Below are positions 1 to 12,460 of a DNA stretch of 64,000 nucleotides, piece by piece (the stretch's first letter is position 1; each line of letters begins with the position of its first letter). The DNA is from Eledone cirrhosa (Eukaryota): contig OZ024761.1 in the NCBI GenBank assembly GCA_964016885.1, positions 31,726,504 to 31,790,503 on the forward strand, given 5' to 3'. Below the pieces are notes generated by a model. That model ran no database searches, had not been told where the DNA came from, and worked only from the letters and a program-made list of their open reading frames with translations. The position numbers and the translations under genes were made by a program.

Positions 1-331
1 AGGGGTATCATATGAAAATCAAATATAATATCTGAATTTATCATACATACATACACACATGCATGCATACAAGACGGCACTCTCTATATAAGGAGGGAAT
101 GTACGGTGAACGAGTTTCGCAGTGCACTATGGGACATTGATGGCACCACTGGTAGTTTAACTTCACTGTCACTAATGCAAATGGCGGACAGGACCGAAGC
201 GGTAAGTACAGTTTATTTTGATACTTTGCGTAAGGTACTCAATAAAGGGCTAGAACTGTTTCATTCGAATTTCCTGATCATTTCCTTCGAATGAAACAGT
301 TATTGTCCTGTAGAAGCCATTTCTATATTAA

Positions 332-399
<68 letters not shown>

Positions 400-1265
400 T
401 GTCCCACAAATATGTATACACACTCCAATAGCATTCTAATAAGTATTGCCTGTACAGGTAATCAAAGTCTGTATACATTTTGGGAGGACACCCTGTATAT
501 ACACATCTATAGATCTAGTTAAAGTTTGTTTCAATCAAATAATTGTTTCTACTTTTGGCACAAGGCCAGCAATTACCCAGTGTATTACTGGTACTTTATT
601 TTATCGACCCCATAAGGATGAAAGGCAAAGTTAACCTCGGCAGGATTTGAACTCAGAATGGCAAGGGCCGTAACTCTATGCGTCAAAGCCTGTCGTCCGA
701 AACCCTACCGATACTGCCAATCCACCGCCCTTTCAATCATATAATTGTTTCTACTTTAGGCACAAGGCCAGCAATTACCCAGTGCATTACTGGTACTTTA
801 TTTTATCGACCCCGTAAGGATGAAAGGCAAAGTCAACTTCGGCGCGATTTGAACTCGGATCGTAAAGGGACGTAACTATGCTGGAGAGCATGTCGTCCGA
901 CCCCCTACCGATACTGCCAATCCACCGTCCTTTCAATCATATAATACCAGAAAAATCTATATTTTTTTACAGAGCTTCATTTATACAAATTATCTTAACG
1001 TTTATTAATGTATCGTTAGGTAAGATTAAGAACATAGCAATCAAAATGTATATTTAAGGAGAAACATTTATATAGCGTGGACTTAATATAACTGTAAAAT
1101 TGTCTCCTGTGTTTTGTTTGTTTCATATATATATATGTGTGTATATGTATACAGGGTGTCCAAAAGAATGTATACACTCTTTGATGACCTGTACAGACAA
1201 TATTTATTTATTAGAATGGTGTTGAAGTGTGTATATATATTTCTTTTTTTTTGGGGGGGGTCATC

Positions 1266-1315
<50 letters not shown>

Positions 1316-1347
1316 TATATCAGTATGTCTATTGTAGTCGCTAGTTA

Positions 1348-1394
<47 letters not shown>

Positions 1395-1457
1395 GTATAT
1401 TATAGTTGCTAGTTAGTATATATATATATAAACTATGTATATTATAGTCGCTAGTTA

Positions 1458-1496
<39 letters not shown>

Positions 1497-2969
1497 CACA
1501 GTATGTATATCATAGTCGCTAGCTGGTACAGTTCTAAGACACCCATCAACCAGTTTGATTTTGTAGAAGGTTTACCATCAGGTTTTACTAAATTATGTTG
1601 TATATATCTTTAAGACAAATCCGCCATACTTTTGGAGACTATTGCCCCCCTCCCCCGGCGCTTTTCAGAGAATGAAAAATATTGTACATTGGAAATCATT
1701 AATTCTAATTTCGTTTTAAATTACGAGAGTCGACCGAAAAGTGTATAGGCTGACCAAGATACTCTCATGGAATGACCAAATGGGGTTTATTTTTCAACAT
1801 AGTCTCAAGAAAGAAACAATGTAGTTATTAATAAGAAAAGTTGAAATTAATGTATGCAAGATTTCACAGCTCTAGCATCACTCCTTCATAGTCAGTCTAG
1901 GAACCTTTCAGCCGATTCTCGTAAATTTTCATACAATAACTATATGCAACACTTTGTTTGTTTTTCTGCGGGAAACTAATTAATTTGTATTCTTTTCACC
2001 TGAACCGACCCCTCCCTCCTCTTACCATTCTTTCCCTTCCAAAGACCCCTTTTCTAATACCCGATGCCTTCTAGAGGACTTCTTTAATCGTCCAACGTAC
2101 TTGGAGGTGGGGACAGGCAACGCCCATATTTTTGAGAATCAAAAGTCCTGCCACCCTCTAAAAACTCGAATGGGAAGTACCATGAAAATAAAGGGCCCCT
2201 AAACAGGGAGAAATTAGGCAAAATGGGGAGATTTTACATAATTGTTTCTACGTTTGGCACAAGGCCAGCAATTATCTCAGTGCATTACTGGTACTTTATT
2301 TTATCGACCCCGTAAGGATGAAAGGCAAAGTTAACCTCGGCGGGATTTGAACTCAGTCCGTAAAGGGACGTAACTATGCTGGAAAGCATGGCGTCCGACT
2401 CTCTACCGATACTGCCAATTTTACATAATGAAAGCAAGCTAAACCCATTTTCACAAGAGTGGACATCTCTCGCCCATCCCAAAGTGGGTGGGAGATCTCC
2501 CCGTCAGACGAGGAAAATTGACTGGTCTGCTGAGTGTGAAACATACCTAAGACAGCTACCAAAAAGATCTTTATCAGAGTCGGGTCAGATCGATACAGAT
2601 CGAACTTTGAGCTGATCAATAGCGAAACGCGCGTTACCAACGAATAAACGTAATGAAGGCTTAACCATTTGTCCTTGTATTATGGCAGTATCAGTAGAGG
2701 GTCGGACACCATGCTTTGCAGCTTAGAGTTACGGCCCTTTATGTTCAGAGTTCAAATCCCGCCGAGGTTAACTTTGCCTTTCATCCTTACGGGGTCGATA
2801 GAATAAAGTACCAGTAATACACTGGGTAATTTACTGACCTTTTGCCAAAAGTAGAAACAATTATTATATTACACTCTGTCTAACTCTACACCTCGCCACT
2901 GATGTGAACCTAAACATCGAGTGTTCACCTGGGTGAACCTACAGTAACTTCATGTTACACTCCCTGGAT

Positions 2970-3003
<34 letters not shown>

Positions 3004-3151
3004 GCTAAATGCTGATTCTCGCACTTCATTCAGCCTCCTGCCTTCCATCACATTCGTGAACACGGCTCCCAGATATTTCTACTTCTCTACCTGCTTCAGG
3101 GGAACTCTGTTCACGTGTAGCATGTACTGTTCAGGCTTCCCTGAGAGTACG

Positions 3152-3685
3152 AGAATCGCTGGACAGTTTTCTCTCAGAATTGAGAGATCACAGCTCCGAT
3201 ACTATGGACCCGTGGTTAGAATGACTCAGGAAAGAATCGCTGGACAGTTTTCTCTCAGAATTGAGAGATCACAGCTCCGATACTATGAACCCGTGGTTAG
3301 AATGTCTCAGGAAAGAATCGCTGGACAGTTTTCTCTCAGAATTGAGAGATCACAGCTCCGATACTATGGGCCCGTGGTTAGAATGTCTCGGGAAAGAATC
3401 ACTGGACAGTTTTCTCTCAGAATTGAGAGATCACAGCTATGATACTATGGGCCCGTGGTTAGAATGTCTCGGGAAAGAATCGCTGGACAGATTTTACGGG
3501 CAAAACCAACAGGCAAGAGACACAGGAGTAGACCCCGAGCAAGATGGTTGGATAACATCTATGATCTTGGCTGGTAACGCTTGGGGATCCAGCCGGATCA
3601 ATTGGAGCATAGCTGGAGCTTCTGACAGGACCCGCTGGAAGGAGTGTTTGCGGACTTTGCCCCCACGACCCTGTCAGGAATAAGT
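3152..3685 (+). mobile_element. RTE-type LINE 3' fragment with an 81-bp internal tandem expansion
   Basis: RIERSQLRYYG.VVRM repeats with period 81; tail GRPRARWLD...DRTRWK. Confidence 0.8.
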
Positions 3686-3854
3686 GAGTGAAAAAGATAT
3701 ATATATATAATAAAAAATATAGGGTTAGTTGAAGAGGAATGTGTGGACCGCATTATGGTCTGTCGGTTGTGAAGCGGATACAAAGACTTGTATATATGGT
3801 GCACGCCGGAGCATTATATATAGAGAGAGAGAGGGGGGAGAAGGGTGTGGGGTT

Positions 3855-4201
3855 TGGTGGTAGTGTTCGTTGTATTGTTGTCGGTAGTAGTGTTGATGGT
3901 GGTGGTTTTGTTGTTGTTGGTAGTGGTGTTGTTGTTTTGGTGGTGTTGTTGTTTTGGTGATAGTGTTGTTGTTGTTGTTGTTGATGGTGGTGGTGGTGTT
4001 GTTGTTGGTAGTGGTGTTGTTGTTTTGGTGGTGTTGTTGTTTTGGTGGTAGTGTTGTTGTTTTGGTGGTAGTGTTGTTGTTGTTGATGGTGGTGGTGGTA
4101 TTGTTGTTGTTGTTTTGGTGGTAGTGTTGTTGTTGATGGTGGTGGTGGTGGTGTTGTTGTTGTTGGTAATGGTGTTGTTGATGGTGGTGGTGGTAATGGT
4201 G

Positions 4202-4233
<32 letters not shown>

Positions 4234-4565
4234 GATGGTAGTGTTGTTGTTGGTGGTGGTGGTAGTGTTGTTGTTGTTGGTGGTAGTGTTGTTGTTGGTG
4301 GTGGTAATGTTGTTGTCGTTTTGGTGGTAGTGTTGTTGTTGATGGTGGTGGTGGTGGTGGTATTGTTGTTGTTGTTGGTAGTGGTGTTGTTGTTGTTGAT
4401 GGTGGTATTGGTGGTGGTAGTAGTGTTGTTGTTGTTTTCGTGGTAGTGTTGTTGTTGTTGTTGTTGTTGTTAGTGGTGGTGGTGGTGGTGTTGTTGCTGG
4501 TGGTATTGTTGTTGTTGTTAGTGGTGGTATTGTTGTTAGTGGTGGTGGTGTTGTTGGTGGTGGTA
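3855..4565. repeat. (GTT/GGT)n trinucleotide low-complexity tract downstream of the ZIP stop codon
   Basis: Direct observation. Confidence 0.9.
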
Positions 4566-5064
4566 GCCGTCGTTCTCGTCTTACCGAAGACTGGGTTGAC
4601 TCCTGTTTTGTTAGGTTTCATTTTAAGGTCCTTGTATAACGAATGTCCTTCGCTTTACCGTCTTTCAAACTTGGTCACAAGTGAGACATCGTTCAGAACT
4701 TAACCAGTGGTATATCAGTGGTATGAAATTATACAGAGCTTAGTGGTATACTGGTATGGTGAATACAGTAATACTGTGGTACAGTGGTAGGGTTGTAGGG
4801 AGTACAGTGGCACAGCTTTACGATGCTCTGCTAGTATAGTGGTATATTACCATACCACAGTGGCACGGTGGTATGTTATTACAGTGGTATACAGTGATAC
4901 AGTGGTATGTTATTGCAGTGGTATGGTGGTATACAGTGGCACAGTGGTATGTTATTTCAGTGGTATGGTGATATATAGTGGTATGGTGATATACAGTAAT
5001 ACAATGGTGTGGTGGTATACAGTGATACAGTAATACAGTGGTATGGTGTTCAGTGGTATGGTGG

Positions 5065-5199
5065 TTATGAAATACTGATGTTGTCACCGTACAGAGCCAA
5101 GATAATGACGATACTAAAACCCACAACGAGGCCAATTAGATGAAGAAAATGGATTTTCAAATCATTCATTTCACTGCTGACCGATCGCATTTCAGGAAT
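5065..5199 (-). CDS. SLC39A14: ZIP8/ZIP14-like transporter, exon 7 (TM8, stop)
   Basis: ttcttctttag acceptor; IPEMRSVSSEMNDLKIHFLHLIGLVVGFSIVIILALYGDNISIS* with TAA at 5065-5067. Total CDS 1407 nt = 468 aa. Confidence 0.9.
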   Translation of the reverse strand: MPEMRSVSSEMNDLKIHFLHLIGLVVGFSIVIILALYGDNISIS

Positions 5200-5329
5200 C
5201 TAAAGAAGAAATAGAAAATATATGTAACCATGTCTTTACAAAATACTGTTTTATTGTAAAAAACTTCAGGTGTCTTTTGTGGTTATGAAAACGGAAAGGG
5301 AAGGGAAAGGCAAGGGCTGTTGGGTCACA

Positions 5330-5755
5330 GAAGAATGGGTGGGGGAAGGAGAGGTTGATGGGCTCTGAGCCTAGAGTGTGGTGGTATTGTAGCTGCACCC
5401 CGCGGACAAAACAGCAAAAGCATTCCCGCGGACAATAGCCAACGATACAAGCTGCAAAGCCATTCCACCTCGTGGGGCTCATTCCTCAGACGGGTTGCTG
5501 ACGTTCTGATCTTGTGGAGGAGCTCTGCAGTATGGCGTCCAAGTACGTCTGAGGTCTCGATGTCCACCGGTACGAAGAGGGAACGGCCGTACAATCCCCG
5601 GTATTTGTTTGTCTTCCTTTGCTCTGAATTGCGGGCCGCAGTACCGGGGTTTGTAGCCGAAGCGCCTAAGTTGGGGGCGGAGAACATGTCACATGTGGCG
5701 TCCCAGATGAGGGATCTACTCCTTCGAATGGGAAGAAGGTAATTCCATCGGGGCG
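5330..5755 (-). mobile_element. CRE-clade (restriction-like endonuclease) non-LTR retrotransposon 3' remnant; relatives at 28418-28600 and 50994-51309
   Basis: Translates SLIWDAT...AARNSEQRKTNKYRGL...FVPVDIET; relatives give EWLFQRISL.ILRGN..SIL. These match my recall of CRE-type RLE C-termini. Confidence 0.65.
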
Positions 5756-5786
<31 letters not shown>

Positions 5787-5788
<2 letters not shown>

Positions 5789-6030
5789 CTGCCATGTCCT
5801 GCGTCTCCAACAGACCAGTGTCTGTCCTTAGGGCATCAAGATACGTTAACCTTGGTCTTCCTCTTCTAGTGTGTCCATGTAGGGGGTCCCAAAGGAGCAC
5901 TGAGTGCAATGTCAACTCTGGATGTCGGTGAGCATGTCCAGCTAACCAGGACATGGCAGCGATAATGAGGGACAGAGACCGCTGGAGAGAACTCGTCCAT
6001 GGATCTCGGGAATTTTACCCGCCTTAGAAT
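5787..6030. mobile_element. RTE-type LINE 3' end with an internal 5' inversion; a relative lies at 28003-28205
   Basis: Minus part encodes LAGHAHRHPE...GRPRLTYLD...QDMAA; plus part continues QDMAAIMRDRDRWRELV. Confidence 0.75.
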
Positions 6031-6271
6031 AGAATATATATATATATATACAAGTCCCAGGTTGAATCGGGGGTAACCACAATAAGTAAGGTACTAAATC
6101 CATTAGTAAAGTGTAAACAACAAATTCAATATAGGAATAACTTCTACGAGAATAGAACTGTTTCAATCGAAGAAAATCCCCAGAAAATTTGTTATATATA
6201 AGAAACGAAAGGAGCTGTGTAGGGAGCTGTATGGTTACTGTAAATAAAGTTTAAGATGGTAGTATGGATAA

Positions 6272-6340
<69 letters not shown>

Positions 6341-6476
6341 GTCCAGAATTAGCCGTCGAAACGGCTTGAGCTCAGCCGTCGGGGTCCTACTCGTTCCTAT
6401 TACCCACTCTACTACCCTAAGTATTGAGTACTTTGGTGTGTTATGGTCCACCTGGTCCCTTACCACATTTCCTTCG

Positions 6477-6523
<47 letters not shown>

Positions 6524-6618
6524 CATATACATAGTGTCCCAAAACAATGTATACATTTATTTATTAGAATGTTGAGGAAGTATCTATACATTTTTGGCAC
6601 ACCCTGTATATATATGTA

Positions 6619-6660
<42 letters not shown>

Positions 6661-6843
6661 GGCGCGTTGCTGAGTGGTTGGAGAATTGGATTCGCAATCG
6701 TGACATTGCGAGTTCGATTCCCGAACCAGGTGATGCGTTATGCTCCTTCTATCTGGAGTTGCGACCGATAGATAGTATTAGCAATTGCAAAAACCAAGGG
6801 AAACATTGTTTCCTCGGTCTGATTTGACGAAAATCGATCGACT

Positions 6844-6888
<45 letters not shown>

Positions 6889-7138
6889 GGTTATATTTAA
6901 TTTGTTGGGGGGATTCAACAAGCTTTAAAATATTTGTATATATATATATATATATATTATAACTGAACAAAAAATAAAAACGAACACAGACATTTACATA
7001 TATGTGTTCAAATCGTAAAGGGCCAGAATCGCTAAGGTGAAAAAAATACTAACTAGAGACAATAGGGTTTGCCAAACTCAATTTAAGAATAAATTAAGAA
7101 AAATAAATACAAAAACCATAATTGTTGTAACAACCCTA

Positions 7139-7219
7139 CACCCGGACAGTTTTGATAAAACTGTTTCGCAATATTATTTGTGAAAAGGATTACCAAAGTC
7201 CTAAGCTCATCAGCGGGTG
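7139..7219 (-). ncRNA. Type I hammerhead ribozyme, canonical GUC site
   Basis: cacccg-CTGATGA-gc...gc-GAA-ACAGTTTT atc AAAACTGT-C-cgggtg. 6-bp stem I, 8-bp stem III. Confidence 0.85.
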
Positions 7220-8270
7220 AAGAAATTAGTAACCTGATCACTTCTAAATCTAATAAGGAACTGGATAACGTGTATATATGTAACGCACATGGTTCCCGAA
7301 CTTAGCGTGTCTCGCACACTCGCGCCACTAAAAATAGCAGGCGAGTTTACTCGACATTTGAATTTGCTCGACGAATTAACGGAGCCGAATATATCACTTT
7401 GTTAATCCTTAGCGGTTCTGGTCCATTACGATTTGAACACATATATATAAATGTCTGTGTTCGTTTTTCTTTCTTGTTCAGTTATAATATATGGCTCGGA
7501 AAAACCTCTTTCTTAGAGCTAATTTACTGTAATGAGACTATTTTCAATTTCTAACTCAATACATACCTTGATATATATATATATAAAAATTAGGATGGAT
7601 TCAGTAAGAAATTTAGGCACAAGTCCAACAATTTTGTGGAAGGGGGAAATCGACTCGAATGCGTTACTGGTACTTTATTTTATCGAACCCGTAAGGATGA
7701 AAGGAAAAGCTAATTTCGGAGGGATTTGAACTCAGAACGTAAAGGGCCAAATCTATGCCGCAAAGCATGGTGTTCGATGCGCTACCAATTCTGACAATCT
7801 ACTCTCCTTCTTTAACTGACGATATATTATATTAAGAGGAATATAAGGTGGATTGGCAGTATCAGTGGAGGTCGGACGCCATGCTTCGTAGTATAGAGTT
7901 ACGCCCCTTTATGATCTGAGTTCAAATCCCGCCGAGGTTAACTTTGCCTTTCATCCTTACGGGGTCGATAAAATAACGTACCAGTCACGCACTGGGGTCA
8001 ATTTAATTGACTTTCCCCTCTCCCCCAAATTAATGGCCTTGTGCCTAAAGTAGAAACTATTATTCGCTTTGCAGCATAGAGTGGTGTCCCTTTACGTTCT
8101 GAGTTCAAATCCCGCCGAGGTTAGCTCTGCCTTTCATTCTTACGAGGTCGATAAAATAAAGTACCAGTCACGTACTGGGGTTGATTTAATTGACTCCCCC
8201 CCCACCCCCCAAAAAAAAATTACTGGCCTTGTGCCTATACGAGAAATCATATGAAGAGGAATATACTCAC

Positions 8271-8458
8271 GATGACACCCAGTGATATATAAATAAACAG
8301 TCCTCCTGTAGCGGCAAATATCCACGTGCTGGCCATAGTCTGCCCTCCGATCAATATACCAATAACCAGACCTAATATGCAGGTGAGGGCTGCCAGGAAG
8401 TTATACAGAAGCGCAGTCTTTATGCGAAGACCGGAACTCACCAAAATGGCGATATCAG
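8271..8458 (-). CDS. SLC39A14: ZIP8/ZIP14-like transporter, exon 6 (TM5 end to TM7)
   Basis: tttcag acceptor, gtgagt donor, 188 nt (phase 1 to 0); DIAILVSSGL...ALLYNFLAALTCILG...WIFAATGGLFIYISL. Confidence 0.92.
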
Positions 8459-9066
8459 CTGAAATATGGAAAGTAAGGATTTCATTAAAATCTGTGAATG
8501 TCATGAAAAGCCGCTGTTGATATTATATTTAAATAATTTAATCAGTATCTAATAAAAACAAACCATGCTATTAACCCTTTAGCCTTTACATTATCGTGAA
8601 AATACAATAGTAAATATAGAGTAAAGGCTTTATCTCACATAATATCGAAGCTATGCAATTTTCTTGTTATTTATTTTGAGAACAATACCTTAACATCAGT
8701 ATGAGTGGCCAGTTACGGCCGGTTTGTACAGAAAGAGGTGAGAGAGTTCTAGCTGGTTACGACTGATTTAAATGCTAAAGGGTTAAAGGGAATAGAAAGG
8801 GAAGGAAAAAGGGATGAAGCAACAAAAGAAAGGGAGAGGGGAGGAGTAGACACTACACCCCAGAACAAGTGGTACCTCGGCCTTGCTCCGCGGACAAAAC
8901 GGCAAAAGCGTTACCGTATCTTTGTTTTTGTTTTTATCGGATATATATACATAGATAGATAGAGATAGATATATATACATAGATAGATAGATATATATAC
9001 ATAGATAGATAGACAGATAGATATAGATAGATAGATAGATAGATATACATAGATAGATAGATAGAT

Positions 9067-9121
<55 letters not shown>

Positions 9122-9144
9122 TAGATAGATAGATATACATAGAT

Positions 9145-9205
<61 letters not shown>

Positions 9206-9837
9206 CAGATAGATAGATAGATAGATAGATATACATAGATAGATAGATATACATAGATAGATAGATATACATAGATAGATAGATAGATATGCATAGATAG
9301 ATAGATAGATATGCATAGATAGATATGCATAGATAGATAGAGATAGACAGATAGATAGATATATTTCTTTATGTGCCACGATAGCATTGACAGTTCAAGG
9401 TCGCACATTTAGGTAGGAGGTGTGTGTCGGGTTTATTGTGGTCAATTATATCTTGTGCTGACCCGAAAACCGTGAGGCCGCGCATGACTGAAAGGTTTAT
9501 ATATATATATATATATATATATGAAACAAACAAAAGACAGGAGGCAATTTTTACAGTTACATTAGGTTCATGCTTGGTGGTATATATATAGTAATTGTTT
9601 CTACTTTTGGCACAAGGCCAGCAATTACCCAGTGCATTACTGGTACTTTATTTTATCGACCCCGTAAGGATGAAAGGCAAAGTTAACCTCGGCGGGATTT
9701 GAACTCAGAATGGCAAGGACCGTAACTCTCTGCGTCATACTAATAATAATAAATGTAAAGACTAAAATCCAAAGACGGCTCGATAAGGATAAATATATAT
9801 CAAAAGCAGCGATTCTTTAATATATATATATATATAT

Positions 9838-10203
9838 ACGATATTAAATAAATGGAAACTATATTTATAAAACCATATTTATTTCATTATATATATTTCA
9901 GGGATATCATATTAAAAATAGGGTATGCCTTCTTCAGACAAAATACAATATAAACAGTCTTATAAATAGATAGATTTGACATACCTTACAACTTCAACTT
10001 CCATTTAAAAAGTTGATTTTTAAATGGAAGTTGAAATGGAAGTTGAAGTTGTAAGGTATGTCAAATCTATCTATTTATAAGACTGTTTATATTGTATTTT
10101 GTCTGAAGAAGGCATACCATATTTTTAATATGATATCCCTGAAATATATATAATGAAATAAATATGGTTTTATAAATATAGTTTCCATTTATTTAATATC
10201 GTA
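9838..10203. repeat. Long near-perfect inverted repeat (about 170-bp arms) with an HHR in each arm
   Basis: 9838-10008 is the reverse complement of about 10033-10203, with one visible mismatch. Confidence 0.9.
10095..10160 (+). ncRNA. Type I hammerhead ribozyme (mirror copy at 9880-9945, minus strand)
   Basis: tattttgt-CTGAAGA-agg...cct-GAAATATATATA-atgaaata. Confidence 0.7.
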
Positions 10204-10286
10204 AATATACTCCAAATACTTGTTGAGTGCTTTTATATCAGTTATAAATATTTACTCGTTGTAACCCAACAATTTAAATAAAACTT

Positions 10287-10329
<43 letters not shown>

Positions 10330-11007
10330 GAAAAGAGTTTTCCTATTACCCACTCTACTACCCCAAGTATCGAGTACTCTGGTGCGTTATGGTCTACCTG
10401 GTTCGTTACCACACTTTCTTCGCTATACATATATATATATATATATATATAGTAATAATAATAAATGTGAAGACTACAATCCGAAGAGGGCTCGACAAGG
10501 ATAATATATATATATAAATATATAAAACCATAAAGCAAATATTTATTAAAATAACAGATTAAAGTTTAAGCAAAGAATCGCTGCTTTCACCCTTAACGGG
10601 ATCTGCTGAAACTAAAAAATCAATCTGTGAACGCAGAAGTAAATATTTCGAAAAACGTTGCTTTGGTTTTTATATATTTGATATATAATTATCGAGCCCT
10701 TTTGGGATTTTAGTCTTCACATTTATTATTATTACTATATATACTGTATATATATATATATATATTTTTTTTTTTTTTAAACCGCGATAATATTGCTTTT
10801 TGCTGAACTCCTTATTGTAGAGTTTTTTTTTCGGAATGTTTTTGACTGTTGTTTCATGTAAACAAACATTCGTCTCATTCTGACGTCACCAGCCCTGTTT
10901 TTCCACATGTGCGTTTTATTTCCATAATCACGTATGATGTTAAACTAGCCTGCTTTTAAATTCTCTTTTTGGCATATTAATCAGTGAGAATTTGGCTATC
11001 GTGTTGA

Positions 11008-11084
11008 GCTCTGCTGAGGATTCCAGCCGTGATCATCTCCACTGAAAGTTTTCGTGAAATAGTCTTTTCAAGACTATACAGAGC
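11008..11084 (+). ncRNA. Type I hammerhead ribozyme (stem II degenerate)
   Basis: gctctg-CTGAGGA...GAA-ATAGTCTT ttc AAGACTAT-A-cagagc. Stems I and III are perfect. Confidence 0.7.
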
Positions 11085-11501
11085 ATTTGTAGTTGTTCCA
11101 AATTGAAGGATGAGTATTTTAAGCTTTATTTTATCATGAGTTAAGGCTCTATTGATTTTTCCCTAGATTTCACTAAATTCTGTTGGATAAATCTATATCC
11201 TGATTCTTTTTGAATTGAGTTTGAATTATTTTTCCCACATCTTACGTTAACTATTTTCCCATTTTGACGCTATAGTCACTTATATGTTATGTAATACTTT
11301 GGGCTTCTTGCTACAATACTTTTTATACCTTTCATGTATATATATATAAATGAAAGGTATAGAAAGTATTGTAGCAAGAAGCCAACAGTATTCCATAATA
11401 TATAAGTGACTATAGCGTCAAAATGGGAAAATAGTTAATGTAAGATGTGGGAAAAATAAAGAGCTATATATGAAGCTAATAGTAAAGAGCTATATATAAA
11501 G

Positions 11502-11543
<42 letters not shown>

Positions 11544-11659
11544 CCTCATATATAGCTATTTACTATACGTAGAGCACTCTTCTTTCCTTTACCTTTTATA
11601 CGGAAATACTTAACATTATATAGATGTGTGTGTGTATATATATATTATATATATATGTG

Positions 11660-11701
<42 letters not shown>

Positions 11702-11703
11702 AT

Positions 11704-12112
11704 ATAGTTTTAATATAGAAGAGATTCTACAGGACTAGAACTGTTTCATTCATTAGAAATCATCAGGAATCTGGGGATCAAAAAATAAATATGGTATTTA
11801 TAGGTCTCTACAAGTGGTAGGAGAGGGTGGGGAGTGGGATGGGTGCAGGTCATTGGTTGATAGAGAAGGGAATTCATTAAAGGCTAATTCTACATAGCTA
11901 TAGTTAATTTATATTTATTTATGTAGAATTAGCCTTTAATGAATTCCCTTCTCTATCAACCAATGACCTGCACCCATCCCACTCCCCACCCTCTCCTACC
12001 ACTTGTAGAGACCTATAAATACCATATTTATTTTTTGATCCCCAGATTCCTGATGATTTCTAATGAATGAAACAGTTCTAGTCCTGTAGAATCTCTTCTA
12101 TATTAAAACTAT
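11704..12112. repeat. Long perfect inverted repeat (about 190-bp arms, about 23-nt spacer) with an HHR in each arm
   Basis: 11704-11896 is the reverse complement of 11920-12112. Confidence 0.9.
12044..12094 (+). ncRNA. Type I hammerhead ribozyme (mirror copy at 11722-11772, minus strand)
   Basis: agattc-CTGATGA-tTTCtaatGAAt-GAA-ACAG ttctagtc CTGT-A-gaatct. Confidence 0.8.
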
Positions 12113-12186
12113 TATACTCTGCTATGTATTGAGTACCTTACTTACTGTGGTTACCTCCGATTCAACCCGGAATAACGTATATATAT

Positions 12187-12219
<33 letters not shown>

Positions 12220-12252
12220 CATAAGTTGTCCAACATTATATGAGAAAGTATA

Positions 12253-12440
12253 GGGCGGTGGATTGGCAGTATCGGTAGAGGGTCGGACGCCATGCTTTCC
12301 AGCATAGTTACGTCCCTTTACGATCTGAGTTCAAATCCCGCCGAGGTTGACTTTGCCTTTCATTCTTACGGGGTCGATAAAATAAAGTACCAGTAATGCA
12401 CTGGGTAATTGCTGGCCTTGTGCCTAAAGTAGAAACAATT
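12253..12440 (+). mobile_element. Dominant octopod-type tRNA-related SINE (representative copy; more than 25 copies in the window, e.g. 540-935, 2240-2420, 2680-2862, 7845-8250, 15049-15395, 26120-26630, 27009-27225, 31195-31386, 37243-37460, 42160-42347, 49413-49602, 58053-58404)
   Basis: A-box-like tggcagtatcggtag and B-box-like gagttcaaatccc; conserved gcctttcatccttacggggtcgataaaataaagtaccag core; 15-17-bp target-site duplications (attatatgagaaagtat here; tagacaaatgttataat at 27.0/27.2 kb; ctagaaatatgataat at 31.2/31.4 kb). Confidence 0.9.
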
Positions 12441-12460
12441 ATATGAGAAAGTATTCTTAC

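Noticed and set aside
268-318. Active hammerhead at the window start
   Set aside because: The core reads CTGATCA (conserved G lost); counted only as a decayed copy of the 12044/18211 family.
2524-2638. Hammerhead ending GAAACGCGCGTT
   Set aside because: The 3' half is convincing, but the candidate 5' cores (CTGCTGA, CTGATCA) are non-canonical; treated as a relic.
3725-4621. 298-aa T/N/H/Q-rich ORF
   Set aside because: Trinucleotide low complexity downstream of the ZIP stop; no domain or splice support.
6661-6750. tRNA gene (also 21148-21200 and 33300-33370)
   Set aside because: A/B-box-like heads without a complete acceptor stem, continuing into repeat bodies; these are SINE heads.
10455-10735. 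Ribozyme in the aataataataaat(g/t)tgaagactaaaatcc fold-back family (also 9742, 24250, 27825, 41398)
   Set aside because: It shares the (TA)n and inversion pattern, but I could not find an intact CUGANGA core.
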